Shown here in pieces: positions 1-12,594 of a DNA stretch of 64,000 nt. The notes below the pieces were generated by a model. That model had not been told where the DNA came from, did no database searches, and worked only from the letters and a program-made list of their open reading frames with translations. A program made the position numbers and the translations under genes. Origin of the DNA: Squalus acanthias (taxonomy: Eukaryota). The DNA is taken from NCBI GenBank assembly GCA_030390025.1, contig CM059428.1, positions 148,242,001 through 148,306,000 of the forward strand, given 5' to 3'. The stretch's first letter is position 1. Every line of letters starts with the position of its first letter.

Positions 1-190
1 CTTCCCTTTTTTTCTTTCCTCCCCTCCCCCCTTTCCCTGCCTCTGCACTTGCTTAATAACCTGTTCGATCTCCAGCTTTTTCCAGTTCTGACGAAGGGTC
101 ATCGACCCGAAACGTTAACTCTGTTTCTCTCTCCACAGATGCTGCCTGACCTGCTGAGTATTTCCAGCATTTTCTGTTTTTATTACAGAA
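1..190 (+). mobile_element. Penelope-like element terminal repeat fragment carrying the hammerhead
   Basis: The hammerhead is followed by ctctccacagatgctgcctgacctgctgagtatttccagcattttctgttttt. A decayed copy of the same tail occurs at ~55725-55830. Confidence 0.65.
84..120 (+). ncRNA. Minimal type-I hammerhead ribozyme motif (Penelope-type)
   Basis: agtt-CTGACGA-a-gggtc(atc)gaccc-GAAA-cgtt-aact: stem I agtt/aact, intact core, 5-bp stem II, palindromic AACGTT stem III. Confidence 0.75.
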
Positions 191-669
191 CCAGAATGGT
201 CTTTCTCCATTCTGTCTTGAGAGAACTGTCCAGGTCCCAATAATTCCAGGCTCTTTCATTTGATTATAAAGCAATGTCCTATTGGGGAGAAAGCAGGGAC
301 AGGGTACTGAATTTGGATGATCAGCCATGATCTCATTCAATGGCGGAATAGGCTCGAGGGGCCGAATGACCTACTCCTGCTCCTATCTTCTATGTTTCTA
401 TGGAGTTCTCCTAGTGCAGCTGCATAGGCCTTATTGACCAAAAAGGAGTTCAGTAGCCAACCAACTAACACTTTCCTGATGTAGTAGTGGTTGGTTGGTT
501 AAGGGGCTTCATCTCAGCTCAAGTGAAGACTTCTTCTCTGTGGTGCTTAGCTTATTACAAACATTATGATCTTTGATAATGGCACTGACGTGAATCCTAA
601 GGTAAAGAATCTTGATTCTATTGTCTCACCTTCCCAATGTTTACTGATTGGCTTTATCATCTAAAGACA

Positions 670-972
670 ACTTACAACAAAAATAACATGCATTTATATA
701 GCATCTTTAACACAGTAAAACATCCCAAGGTGCTTCACAGGAGCGATTATCAAACAAAATTTGACACCGAGCCACATAAGGAGATAGTCGGATACGTGAC
801 TGCTTGGTCAAAGAGATAGGTTTTAAGGAGTGTCTTAAAGAAGGAGAGAAGGAGAGGTGGAGAAGTTTATGGAGGGAATTCCAGAGCTTAGGGCTAGGCA
901 GCTGAAGGCACGGCCGCCAATGGTGGAGTGAAGAAAATCGGGGGTAAGCATCAGGCCAGAATTGGAGGAGAA
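670..972 (-). mobile_element. L2 LINE 3' fragment
   Basis: Nearly collinear with 15905-16205. Confidence 0.8.
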
Positions 973-1012
973 CTTAGTGTGTTTCCTGTACGTAATCACA
1001 AAGGTACAGGGC

Positions 1013-1175
1013 CAATGTTCCCTTTAAGCTGCAAGGTCGCATGGCTCTCTGGACCTCCCGTGCAGCCGGCTTGCCGGCTTTTCAATGTGAAAAACTGCGC
1101 ATGCGCAGTATTTTGAATAGGCTGTGCAGCCCCTTAAAGGGGCTATGCACCCAAAAAAACTTAACGGGAACATTG
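1013..1175. mobile_element. hAT-type MITE
   Basis: TIRs caatgttccc / gggaacattg; 8-bp TSD tacagggc/gacagggc (one mismatch). Confidence 0.8.
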
Positions 1176-1861
1176 GACAGGGCCTCTTCTTTTATTCTAT
1201 AACTAATCAGCTTCCTGAGCCCTTTCTCTGATTGAGGTATTATGAATATATTGGCAAAATTCGAACAATGTAAATTCATGATCTGATGAAAGAGACTGGC
1301 TAATTAAGTCTGTCATCAATTGAAAAGACTTTCCTGCAGTTGATGCTGATTTGAAGTTAGGACTTACTGTGTGTTTGGATTTCTGAATCAAACTCTGAGT
1401 TGAATTTGAAACTCACGTGAGTACAATTATTGACTACCTTACGGGCTGAAGATTCATGTGATATGCGGTATCGTCTCACAGACAAAGTTTTCTTCCTTGT
1501 TCGTGTTAAAGTATAAATGTGACTGATCTTGACAAATGGGGAAAAATAAAATTTTTGGATGATTTTGTGGGGGGGTGACACTTGCAGATTATGGGAGGAC
1601 AGCATCATGTGGTACCAGCTAGACAAAGATTTAAAAGGACAGACACCTGGAGTATGTCCTCCATTGATATTATTGACCTTGCTGATGACCTTCTGAAGAA
1701 AGTAAATGAAGACTAACACTAGAGAAGTGTGAGCTTCTCATTCCTATTGAGTGGAAGGTTGTTGCCTGAGGTTACATACTGTGTTTCCATTTGTTTCTGG
1801 CAATTTGTGCAGAAATATTACATTTCCATACATAGTGTAAAAGCATATAACCGCCTTTAAA

Positions 1862-2150
1862 GAAAGAAAGACTTGCATTTATATAGCGCCTTTCACGACC
1901 ACCGGACGTCTCAAAGCGCTTTACAGCCAATGAAGTACTATTTGAAGTGGAGTCACTGTTGTAATGTGGGAAACGCGGCAGCCAATTTGCATACAGCAAG
2001 GTCCCACAAACAGCAAGGTGAGAAGGACCAGATAATCTGTTTCAGTGATGTTGGTTGAGGGATAAATATTGGCCAGGACACCGTGGATAACTCCCCTGCT
2101 CTTCTTCGAAATAGTGCCATGGGATCTTTTACGTCCACCTGAGAGAGCTG
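1862..2150 (-). mobile_element. Deu-domain SINE, 3' part
   Basis: Reverse complement matches ~26600-26880. Confidence 0.85.
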
Positions 2151-2619
2151 GTCATAAAAAATACAATTCACTCAATCATGGCTAATTGTTGTGCTCAGAA
2201 CGTTAGGCCTGAGTTGTCAGGAGGAGGGACAGTGGGGATAGCTAATCCACTTGCTTCATGCACGTCACTTATTCATACACCATTAACCAAAAAAATTGCA
2301 CATTTAGCTTATCTTTTCTTCTTGTTTGGATCCAATATACGAACCTTTCCAACATGGGAATCTGGAGAATTCTAGTTTCTAGCTGGTCAGATTTATTTTA
2401 CAGAAACGTTTCTAACTATGGAGGGTATCTTTACTTCAGGACGTTAAGAGCAGCAGCTTCACAGACATGGGTGAAAGATCAAGTATGTCTTTTAAAGTCA
2501 GGGGTTCAAGGAACAATCAACAAGCTGAATTGCAACTTTTTAGTCGCGCCTTTATTTTCCAAGAGAGAACTTTTTCGACACATTTAAAGTAAAATATTTT
2601 TTTTGTTTCAACAACATAC

Positions 2620-2775
2620 CTTTTGCTTATTCCTTTCCTTCAGAGTTATCCAGTCTTCCCCATTTGAACTCACATCCACTTTGTATGTCTGGATGAAATA
2701 CACCCGCTGAGTTTCTTTGGAGACAGCACCTTGCGTCGCTATTGCAGAGATGTGCTGCAGGAACCCCAGGTCCAC
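2620..2775 (-). CDS. NRP1: Neuropilin-1-like, internal coding exon (equivalent to exon 7), b1 domain; absent from the supplied ORF track
   Basis: Hand translation gives VDLGFLQHISAIATQGAVSKETQRVYFIQTYKVDVSSNGEDWITLKERNKQK. Acceptor tgcAG| and donor |GTatgt; 156 nt, phase 0-0. Confidence 0.95.
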
Positions 2776-5249
2776 CTGCAACATTCAAAACCAGCCAGAC
2801 CTTGTTAGAGATTATTCCAACTTGTTACATCACACAATAGTGCTAGTCATCGAGTGAGGGAAAAAATATTAATGCAGCGCCAACTCTTATTGATGTTTCC
2901 AAGCAGTCAAGTGAAATTTTAAATATTGAAACAAAATTGTCGGGTGATGCAGAAATAAGAGTTTATATTTCTTACTCATGTATGTTTGGTATAGTGTGTG
3001 CAATCATCTGGCCGAATATAGAGTGTGCTACTGTACAATGTTTATGTGTTTATGTGCAGTTTGCGCTTCTGTAATGGAACTATTCATTCACTGGAAGCCC
3101 TGGTTTATTTATTCATGAATTCAATGTTAGTTTGATTGTCAGGTATGTGGGTGCTCCAAGACCTTTTTTTCTTAACTGACATCAGTGTGCCGGAGATTAA
3201 ATCTTCCCAGATTATTTATGCAAGGAGGTCACTCAAGACTTTCAGCTGGAGCTTGGCTCAGCTGTCTGGTTCAAGTAAAGCCGCAGCAGTTCATGAACTC
3301 CAAATGAAAGGCACATTCCAAAAGGTTGGACAGATATCCCAGCACTGGAATAATCTAGCTTCACATCTGTCCCTTTTATATTAAAAGACACCTTTAAGCA
3401 GCTGAGTAAAGAAGATCCATAATGAGAAAAGCTACAAAGAAGCCTACTAATCAGCTCCCCTCGTGGTAGGGGAAGGAGCAATGTAGAGGAATGTGGCCAT
3501 GGGGAGCTCAAAACAAGGGAATGGGAAACGTTAAGCACAGGACTTTTAGATTAGAATGCAGGTACATGCCATGTTGCAGCAGCATGTTAATAAAAGCGTA
3601 TTGTTCTGTTTTTATTTCTCTTTATTCACTGTCTCCTCTAATATTCTACACTTCATCTGCCTTTGACAAAGCCTAAACACATGATTCTACCTAAAATTCC
3701 AATTAAAATAGTAGTAAGAAAACGCAGTTCAAATTTGGCCTGGGAAGGAGTTTAGTGGGAGTCTTGCTTCTGGCTGAGTTGTGTGAGTCACACATCTGGT
3801 CATGATTTGGATTCACATACAAGGGAAATGAAACATAAATGCTACTGATTCCTTCCCTTCGCAGGGTTCACGATGCAACATAATGTTAACTAACCAGACC
3901 GTATAAGAGCCCAGTCAACAAACCCAGAAGATGCATCTTTTTCTTTGGACCTCAACTTTTGTAAGGCAGGGAAAATAAATTGTAAGTACAATGTAATAGG
4001 AGCTAATAAAGATATTTGTGGTTAGGCCAAGTGGATAATCCATCACCTTGACACAGTGGGTACTGAACTAAAGATTTTTTATGTAGTGGCGCCTCACAGC
4101 AGTTAGCTTTTATATAGTCACACGGGTATGAGCTGGACTCCATTTGTTTGGTGAATTTTTGGAAGAATTCCTGTTTGCGTGCTGAATTTTCTTTGCGTGG
4201 TTTGATTTTAGAGCTTTCATCTGTTCAAAAGTAAGTCTGAAAATTAAAACGGAGAACGTCATATGAGAGAATTAAATCAATTAAAGCAATGTACCTCTTT
4301 TAGTATTGTCTGAATCACTTATTCCGTGTTGTTAACTCTTAACTACCACAGCCAAATACATGAATGCATTATTTTTTCAGCTGGGTGGGTGGATGAACAG
4401 GTCACAGACTCCTCTTTGACTTCTGACCCCTTTTTGCCATTCCAAAATGCAACAAATAGGAGTTGCATTTACCACGGCCAATTTGTCCTCAAGGCTGCTC
4501 CACTTAGTGGCCCAGATAATAAGGGACAAGACACACATCTGGTGCGTGGATTCAAGTGTTAAAGGGGTGTTATCACCTCAGCAGGGGTGGGGGGTCTGAC
4601 AACATATGCCTGGCTTGTAGACTCCAACGCTGCACTGCCATTTTGGAAGCCATGGCAACTTTGTTCATGTAGCAGGTGCTGCATCTGCTGCAGTATTTAC
4701 AACATGTCCTTTAAATCTCCACCGTAACTTTCAAAAAAGTACTGTTTTCTTTTGTTCTTAGATGTGGGTGCCACCGGTAAAGCTGCACTTTATTAGCCGT
4801 AGCTAGTTACTCTGAGAAGGTGGGGATGGGCCATCTCCTTGAACTGCTGCAAGTTCTTGTGCCCATGTTGCTGCCACGCTGGTGTTGGGTCGGGAATTCC
4901 AGGATTGTGACCCAAGGACTGGCAGTGTATGTTCAATTCATGATGGTGTTTGACTTGGAGGGGAACGTGCAGGTGATGGTGTTCCCATGAGCCTGCTTCT
5001 CTTGTCATTCTCAGAGGTAGCGGTCTTGGGACTGGGAGGTGCTGTGGAAGTAATCTTAGCAACTTGCTACAGTGCATCCTGTAGCTAGTACGTACTGCAG
5101 CCACAGTACATTGGTGGTGGAGATTGAGTTCAGCGGCAGAGACGCCTGCTGCTGAAATATAAGCACTTGATTGGTAACACATTGTTGCATTCTTCTGTAA
5201 CTTGCTAAATTGCCTTTCAAGGCAATGCACCAGTTCGGGCAAAAGAAAC

Positions 5250-5507
5250 AAAGGTGAGAGGAGGAGAATTTTTTTTACGCAGCGAGTTGTTATGATCTGG
5301 AATGCACTGCCTGGAAGGATGGTGGAAGCAGATTCAATAGTAACTTTCAAAAGGGAATTGATTATATATTTGAAAAGGAAACATTTGCAGGGCTATGGGG
5401 AAAGAGCAGGGTCTTGGGATTAAATGGATAGCTCTTTCAAAGAGCCGGCACAGGCACGTGGGCAAATGGCCTTCTTCTGCGCTGTATGATTCTTTGATTC
5501 TATGATT
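5250..5507 (+). mobile_element. CR1 3' end
   Basis: FFTQRVVMIWNALP; tail gattctttgattctatga. Confidence 0.85.
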
Positions 5508-6692
5508 ATGAAGCCTTTTTAACCACCAAGTTTTAATTATTTATTTCCCCTCATTTCCTCCCAATTCCTTCAACTAAGGAAGTACTTCCCAAATAGCGGC
5601 ATTTTAATGCTGCATAGTACTCCATCTAATGGTCCAACTGCAGCCAAAGGAAGCCAGATAAAGTAGAACGCTGAGGCTTTGAGTTGACCTCAATCCCCTC
5701 TGGGATGGTATGAGAACAGACTTCTGGGCTGGCTCACAGCTGAGACTTGAACCAGTATAACATGAGAAAACAATTTTACCTCTATATTACTGAGCCACTA
5801 AGAAGACAAAAACCTCCCTGTGTTACAATTATTTTTTTTAAACAGTGAAAATGCAAACCAAAATGTGCCAGCCTACTACATGGCAGAGTGTTAGAACCTG
5901 GGTTCATATTTGCGATCCTCCATACTCTGATTAGCACCATCATCTGTGAGGATGGTTAAAGCCTCTGACTGGGAGGCCAGGCATTTTGTTATAAGAGAAA
6001 AAAATCACCATCACGGGCTGTTCTTGTGCAATTCCCAGCAAGCAATTTGAAAGTAGCATTGGTGAAGGGCAGGGAAAAGATCAATGGCCTTCGCTCAGTG
6101 GGAAACAATGCGTGGTGACCCAAGAGAGAGAGAGAGAAGAAAAATAGAAGGGTGTCTGACTCTCAAAAAAGTGGTCCTTAAAGAATTAAATTCACAAACA
6201 CCCACCAGAATAAGCGTAGGAGTAAAGTGCTTGTGAAATATGAAATGCTGCAATATGCTACAGCTGTGTAGGGAAAAGGGATGACGAGGAAAATCTATTT
6301 CATCCAAACTTCCACTATTGTAGTCAAACAAGATTCATCTGGATGTCAGAATAAATCAACTTGGGATTTCCTCAAGCTTCCAGCATCCTGCTCTCGGGAA
6401 AGCTTTCCAGCCATATCAAATTCCTACACAGGACTTAGTTCATCTTACAACCCTTAAAGATACGACATCTCTTTTGTGCAGCCTAGATATAGAAGCTATC
6501 AGATATCAAACTCTAACATTAGTCTTTCTCTTTCACTCATCATAAGCTTGCCATTGATGTTTGAAGACGTATCAATAACTTTAGCCAAAGAAGGAAGCAG
6601 TTGTTCTGTGAATTACCAGTTCGAAGAGCATTGCGTATTACCGTGAATTGGTTTGCAATGGTCTACTTAAAAATAGGGGGTTTTAAACACAT

Positions 6693-7020
6693 TGGGGTAG
6701 AAAGTGGTCCTCTTTGTGCCCGTTTTATGGGCAGAAAATGGAAGCATAAAAGACCCAATTTCGGGGTGCAATCTTCTACACCCGATCAGCGCCTGCGTTA
6801 TAGGTGCTGCCCACGTTGGTGTAGGCGGCTTTGCAGGCGTTTCGGGTGGCCACCTAAAACAGGTATTAGGCCCCTGCTGTATGTTAATTAAGGGCCCCTC
6901 GGTAAATTAGTTTACCATTAACGGAGCAGGTGCCAATCCTGCCCGCTCAGAACTCTTCAGCGGCCCCTGCGATGCCAATGCAAGGTACTTTTTTAAAATA
7001 ATATTTAAGTTAAATTTTAG
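6693..7020. mobile_element. Decayed TIR-type repeat, related copy at ~39487-39890
   Basis: Both copies start gggg.agaaa.tggtcctc..tgccc.tttt and share aaacagg..ttag and aaggtactttttt. Boundaries approximate. Confidence 0.45.
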
Positions 7021-8544
7021 ATTGCAGCACATTTTGGCCAAACGTACAGGCAGTTGAAAGCAAAAATAAGTTGGGGAAATCTTGCAAGATTTTAAACTCC
7101 TTGGTGTAGATTCCTTCTACGATGATCTCATAAGGCCACTGACACCGTTATTAAAGTGAAAGGTCATGCTCCTTCTGATCATTGCACAGTCAGTATCCTT
7201 CACCTCGCAACCTAATTCTTTGAAGCCACACAACATCGATGCATTTCTAAAAGCTACTTGAAGTAGGAAATTGCATTTGTTGCAACCATTTAGAGATATT
7301 TTTTCTTCAAAAATATAACACAGGCAGGCTGATAAAAGGAAGGTGGTCTCTTTCAGGTTTTTTCAGATGAAAGGAAGTATATTGGACACAGTGTTTTATA
7401 TTTATTGACTACTTATATTAAAGGGCACTCTATTCACGAAGAGGTGTGTGGCTAACTGGGCAGGGAGAAGAGTTAAAAGAGATGTCTCATGATGACGTTA
7501 CCTTGTCGCTGGGTCAAAATCCTGGAACTCCCTACCTAACAGCATTATAGGAGCACATTCACCACACGGACTACAGTGGTTCAAGAAGGCGGCCCACCAC
7601 CTTCTCAAGGGCAACTAGAGGTGGGCAATAAGTGCCGGCCTTGTCAGCGACGCTCACCCCGAAAATTGATTTTTCAAAAACACACAAGTGGCACAAAGGT
7701 GTGTTTGGATGTGATCTATGTCATTACGTGTGTGTTTGCAAGCAAATTTTAAAAAGAGTTGCCAAACACTTTTTCACAAAGATGGTATCCCTTTAAATAG
7801 TGTTGGTGCGGATGGAAAAATGCAGTTCCACAACCACATGCTTTGAATGTATTAGTAATGGGAAAGGACATAACAAATTAAAAAGTCTGTTTTACAAAAT
7901 GCTGCATAAATGGCCGACAGTAAAGAAATGATAATCCTCTGGCATGTCAAGAATGGCCTTAAATCAGAATCAATATAGAATAATTCAGTAATGAATTTCA
8001 TGTCTACCCTTCCTTGGGCCTCCAGTATAGGATTAATAATAATGGTGCTTTAAATTATAAAGTCAATACAAAAAGCAGAATTAGACCTTAGACTAAAAAC
8101 AGATGTGGGACCTCTTACCCTGACAGCTGATTGGTTCTGGGGATTAGACCTATGACATTAGAGCTATTACAATTCTTTGTTCTTTGAGATATGTATAAAT
8201 ACAAATACATTTATTTTTCCCAGTGAAATTACTTGGCTCAGTTTAAAAAAATGGACAACCTATGCACAGAAAGACTATTTATGATAATTATACTATTTAT
8301 GAGGCCAAAGCTGTTGCAAAATGATTTAAAGGGCTGCTGTCACCCCAGTGGGAAGATTTAAAACAGGCTGAATTCCAGGAACAGTCAGCAACAGCCTGCT
8401 ACAAAACCCTGACTGTCATACCGCCACATTGGGCACGACAGTGAATTCATGAGGCAACACAAAATGTGAATTGATCCAATCCTTTTAAAAAAAATAAATA
8501 TATATATAATTTTAATGAATATTAAGGTAAAACTGAGGGAAGGG

Positions 8545-9140
8545 TACAATCAGCACCCCCGTGGCCGATTTTCCCAGGTAGCGCCCCGAGAGGGAGGAGG
8601 GACGCTACTGGAAGCGCCCTGTGTCCCTTTTGGGGCGCTGCGAGGCAATATCGCGGCGTTACGTGGTGCTGTGGCACGTCGCGCCACGGTACTGCAGGCC
8701 TTCCTCTCCTTATTAAAGGGGAGGGGCCTAGTGTAGCGCATCCCGGCGCCCAGCTGGGCCACCAGGGATCGGGAGTGACGGCAAACAAGAGGAGTGCTGG
8801 GCTCACGGAGAGCAGCTGGCACCCCGTGGGAGGGCTTCACGGGGGCCAGGGACAGCAACGGGGGCAACAAAAATGGCCGCCCGCCACCTCCCCTTTAACT
8901 AGCACCACCCCGGCCGCAGGTAGGCCCCCCTGATCCCGGCGGACATAGCATCCGGCGGTAAGTCGGGGGGTGCCACCCAATGTTACAGCCGGGGTGCGAG
9001 CGGGGTGCTGCGCACGGCGATTACATCATTGTCGGCGGCGCAGCGCCACGCGGCGCTAATGGTTAGCGCCACCGCTAACCTCCCGCTGAATTTCGCTGGA
9101 GGCGCTAACGGGAGGCGCAAATCAACTGAATTTAACCCCC
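8545..9140 (-). mobile_element. Truncated element with the same terminus family as 51781-52674
   Basis: Its end ggcgctaacgggaggcgcaaatcaactgaatttaacccc is the near reverse complement of ggggtaaaaattcagttggttgcgcctcccgttagcgcc at 51781. GC/CpG-rich; left boundary approximate. Confidence 0.7.
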
Positions 9141-9150
9141 AAAGACTTTA

Positions 9151-9318
9151 GGGGGGTGAATTTCCACAAGGCTTCTCCCGATCGACCGGTGTAACTTCAC
9201 CAGAAAAGCCGCAGAAACCTTAGGGAAATGGTTTTTACGCCATTTTTCTGGGCTTTCCGTGGCTCTGTGTCAAAGTTACGGCGGATGGTCAGGATAACCC
9301 TTGTGGAACTTTACCCTC
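9151..9318. mobile_element. Palindromic MITE (family also at 50204-50344; decayed copies ~19845-19940 and ~29858-29998)
   Basis: Termini ggggtgaatttccacaagg / ccttgtggaactttaccc; the element is largely self-complementary. Confidence 0.65.
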
Positions 9319-9922
9319 ACTGTATTGTGAAATAGCTGATTTTTGAATAGCACGGATACTGACACCTACAGACTTCCCAGTAGCACGTTTGCCTTTCTCG
9401 GTCAAATTTAAGAATTTTCAGACAGAAATTCCCAGTGGAAATAATGTCTGTTCTTTTCCAAAGGCAGAAAAATATGATGTTATCTCCTATTATCTTTTGG
9501 ATTACTCTTCACTGCACAAATTATTAAAAAAAATCTAACTTTTAGTCTTTCATTCTCTAACTGTGTCTTGTCATGCATTTATAATCACATTCAAATCTAA
9601 GCGATAAAACTTGTCAATGTCACCTCAGGCCTCAAGCTCATTGCGTGTGTAAATGTGTACATGAGAGTTGGTATAACATGCAATCTAATAATCCATTAGG
9701 TCAATAGCCCCCTTTTCAAATCACTGTTCTTCTATAATCAACATAATGTTGCACTTCAAGTTACAACATGTAAAAAGGCCATTCGGCCCAACTAGTTTGT
9801 ATTGGTGTTTATCCTTCACACCAGCAAATAATTCTATTTACATTTACCCAACCTGTTTCCTTCATCCATTTTTCCGTTAACGACACCTCCACCAATCCAA
9901 TCTGATTTTGAATGTAGACCTT

Positions 9923-11431
9923 GGGCTGGATTTTACCAACCTCGGCGGCTCTGTGGTGGGTGACGCTGGTGGTGGGTCCCGACCCCGCTGCTGGCTGCAG
10001 CCTGCTGTTCAAAATGATTTTTCCCTGATTGGGCTTATTAAGCCCGCCCAGAGTGTTTGCCGGCCAATTGAAGGAAGCAGGTCGGATGACGTCATTTGAT
10101 GACGCGTCATCAGCCGGTTTCCTTAAAGGGACCATGCACAAATTGATTTTGATATTTGTGCTGCCAGTGTTCTACAGCATTGAGGTGCTGCAAACACTGA
10201 CAAGCACCGCACAGAGGTGCACGGCTGCACCCAGGCTCTCCAATGACTCCTTCCATATGCTTATGGAGGGAATCACAGCATGCAGGGAGGTCCTCTTCCC
10301 TTCCAATGGGCGGAAGACACCTCCCCAGGAGACCAACGCATCCTGGTTGCACATTGCACAGGAGGACACAAGCAAGGATGTGGTCCGGAGGCTGCAGTGG
10401 TGCAAACCTTTCAATGATCTCAGTAGATCACGAAACGTTAGTACAAAGCCACACTCAACCTCATCCTGCTGTGCCTCTCATCACATCCCCATCACTCTGC
10501 CTTCCCTACCCTACTCCTGTACATCCTTACTCACACCAACACCTCCACCCATCCCTCTCTATCTACATTATCACATCCCCATCTCACTAGCCACTACTCA
10601 CACTCACCCTAGTCCAATCATACCAACTAACAACACACAAGGGTAGGCACTTGGGTGTTTTATGCAATGTTCATGTAAAGTTTCTGTTAATGTGGTGTCA
10701 AACATTAAAACCTTTATTTTCAACACTTTGCGTTCTTGGACAGATTTGTGTGCAGCTTTGGAAGTGGCTGAGTGAGTTGCAGTGAATGGTGAGACATAAC
10801 GGTACCCCCCGCAATGGTGATGAGTGTGAAAGGAATGGCTTGGGCATTGTAAGGATGCTTTATGGTGTTGGTGTGGGGTGGTGCCAACCTGACGCATCAT
10901 GTAGCAGCCAGGGTGTACAGCGTCAAGTGAAGTAAATCTGGACATGGTGAGGCCATCCCTGGCGTCCCGGACAGCAATGTGGTCGGGTGCTGATGCCCTG
11001 TGTCCTGTGCAGCATCAGTTGATTGCGGAGAAGGTTGGTGATGTTGTTGGTGCTGCTGGTGTGCCTGGTTCTGCTGGTGTTGTGGCTGATTGTGGTCAGA
11101 TTCTGAGGACCAAGGTGAGAAAGTATAAACCGTACCCATTCTGATAGAATAGATGGCAGGTGATGTTGAGATGACAAAAGCGATCTGTCAATGGTGAGAG
11201 AGGTTGTTCCAATGAGGTGACACTGGATAGAGAGTTTGCTCCAAACATTTGCAACCTGCATAAAGCTCAATCTGTCTTCCAAATGCAGTAAGCAATAGTT
11301 TCTGAACTTGGACAGACTCGACATTTGGGAAAGTCGCGTGGCAGCGGGGTCCCAACCCGCTGTCAAAAAAATCCATTTTCCCACCCGACCAGCCAATGAT
11401 CGCACCCGCTGACCCCCCAGAAAATTCCCCC
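9923..11431. mobile_element. Internally deleted PIF/Harbinger DNA transposon (Myb/SANT ORF remnant on +, probable transposase ends on -)
   Basis: Imperfect TIRs gggctggatttt / aaaattccccc, with 3-bp flanks ctt/cat. The + frame at ~10220-10435 reads APRLSNDSFHMLMEGITACREVLFPSNGRK...SWLHIAQE...QWCKPFNDLSR, resembling Harbinger Myb/SANT proteins. It interrupts a CR1 fragment. Confidence 0.7.
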
Positions 11432-12427
11432 CATAGTTTATGCCTCAACCCCTAATCCTGGAAACAGTCTGCTTCTTGCTATTTTCTCCCTTCCAACCAA
11501 TTTTTAATCCCGTTTGCTATCGTCCCCCTAATTCCATACCCCTTAATCTTTTCCAACAATCTCCTCGTCAAAAGCTTTCCTAAAGTCTATGGACACTACA
11601 TTCACTGCATTTATCGCATCTACCATGTCCGTTACCACCTCAAAAAATTCTATGGGCTTTGCTAAGCATGATCGTCATTTTTAAAATCTGTGCGGGCTAC
11701 TTCTATTTTCTCATTTTCTCGAAATGCGCCAATTTCATAATTAATTGAAGATTCAAAAATTTTCCCCATGTTAAATGGTAAAATGACAGAATTGAAGTCA
11801 TTGGAACTACAAAATCGGGGGATATGTATGTAAAAGGGGCTGCTGATTAGCTATCACCACCACAAAGTCAAAATGAACCGTAAACACGTTCTTCTTGAAT
11901 ACATTTATGATGTCGCTACAGAGAGTGACCAGAGCAACTCTTCCCCGGAGGAGATGTGGAAAATGATAAAACGTCACATTTGTTGGGGCAGATTAGAGGT
12001 AGTTTTAATCTGCATCGGACAGTGCCACCAGTACCTGACCTAGGAGTGCTTGATGCTGACTTTGGGCTAACCATGGCCCAGCATTGACATTCCTCAACAC
12101 GATGAACACAAATTTTACCCAGTTAAAACAGACAAAAAACATGGAACTGATAACAGCATGCAGATATATTGCATTCTGTCAGTACATCTACTGGGAAGGA
12201 AACTGTATCTGGAATCTTCCATTGGCCCCAGTTTAGTGACTGTGATGGTAGGAAATTACCAGCTCAGAAGATTTGTTTGATGTTCAGATTAAAGAAACGC
12301 ATTTTACTCTGCAGTTCAAAGCTAGAAATTCTCCCCAGCCACAAGCTTTCTCGAATGACGGCAGGGACAATGACCTTAAATTACTAAAGACATTCTGAAC
12401 ATAGATAAATCTCATCATTGTGTTTAC

Positions 12428-12594
12428 CTGTATCCATTCTTTGCTGGAGTCCTCTGATGGTGTCCATGCGTTTTCCGGGTAATTTAGTCTCGATCTTTCT
12501 GAGGACCAGTATAAATTATAATTGCTGGAACTCAAAATTTGATCTGCGTGAATCTTGCCCGATTCCATGCCAAGTGATTCATTACAGTGAATGT
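12428..12594 (-). CDS. NRP1: Neuropilin-1-like, internal coding exon (equivalent to exon 6), start of FA58C b1 domain
   Basis: Translates to NIHCNESLGMESGKIHADQILSSSNYNLYWSSERSRLNYPENAWTPSEDSSKEWIQ (NRP1-type ERSRLNYPEN.WTP.ED..EWIQ). Acceptor ttccAG| and donor |GTaaac; 167 nt, phase 1-0. Confidence 0.95.

Noticed and set aside
1357-1719. Possible next neuropilin exon (donor-like gtaagt at ~1366 on -)
   Set aside because: The translation does not resemble the expected FQGN.N..VV...P...RFVRI.P segment. The next exon appears to lie outside the window.
8515-9140. CpG-island promoter
   Set aside because: The CpG richness is explained by a TIR element whose terminus matches 51781.
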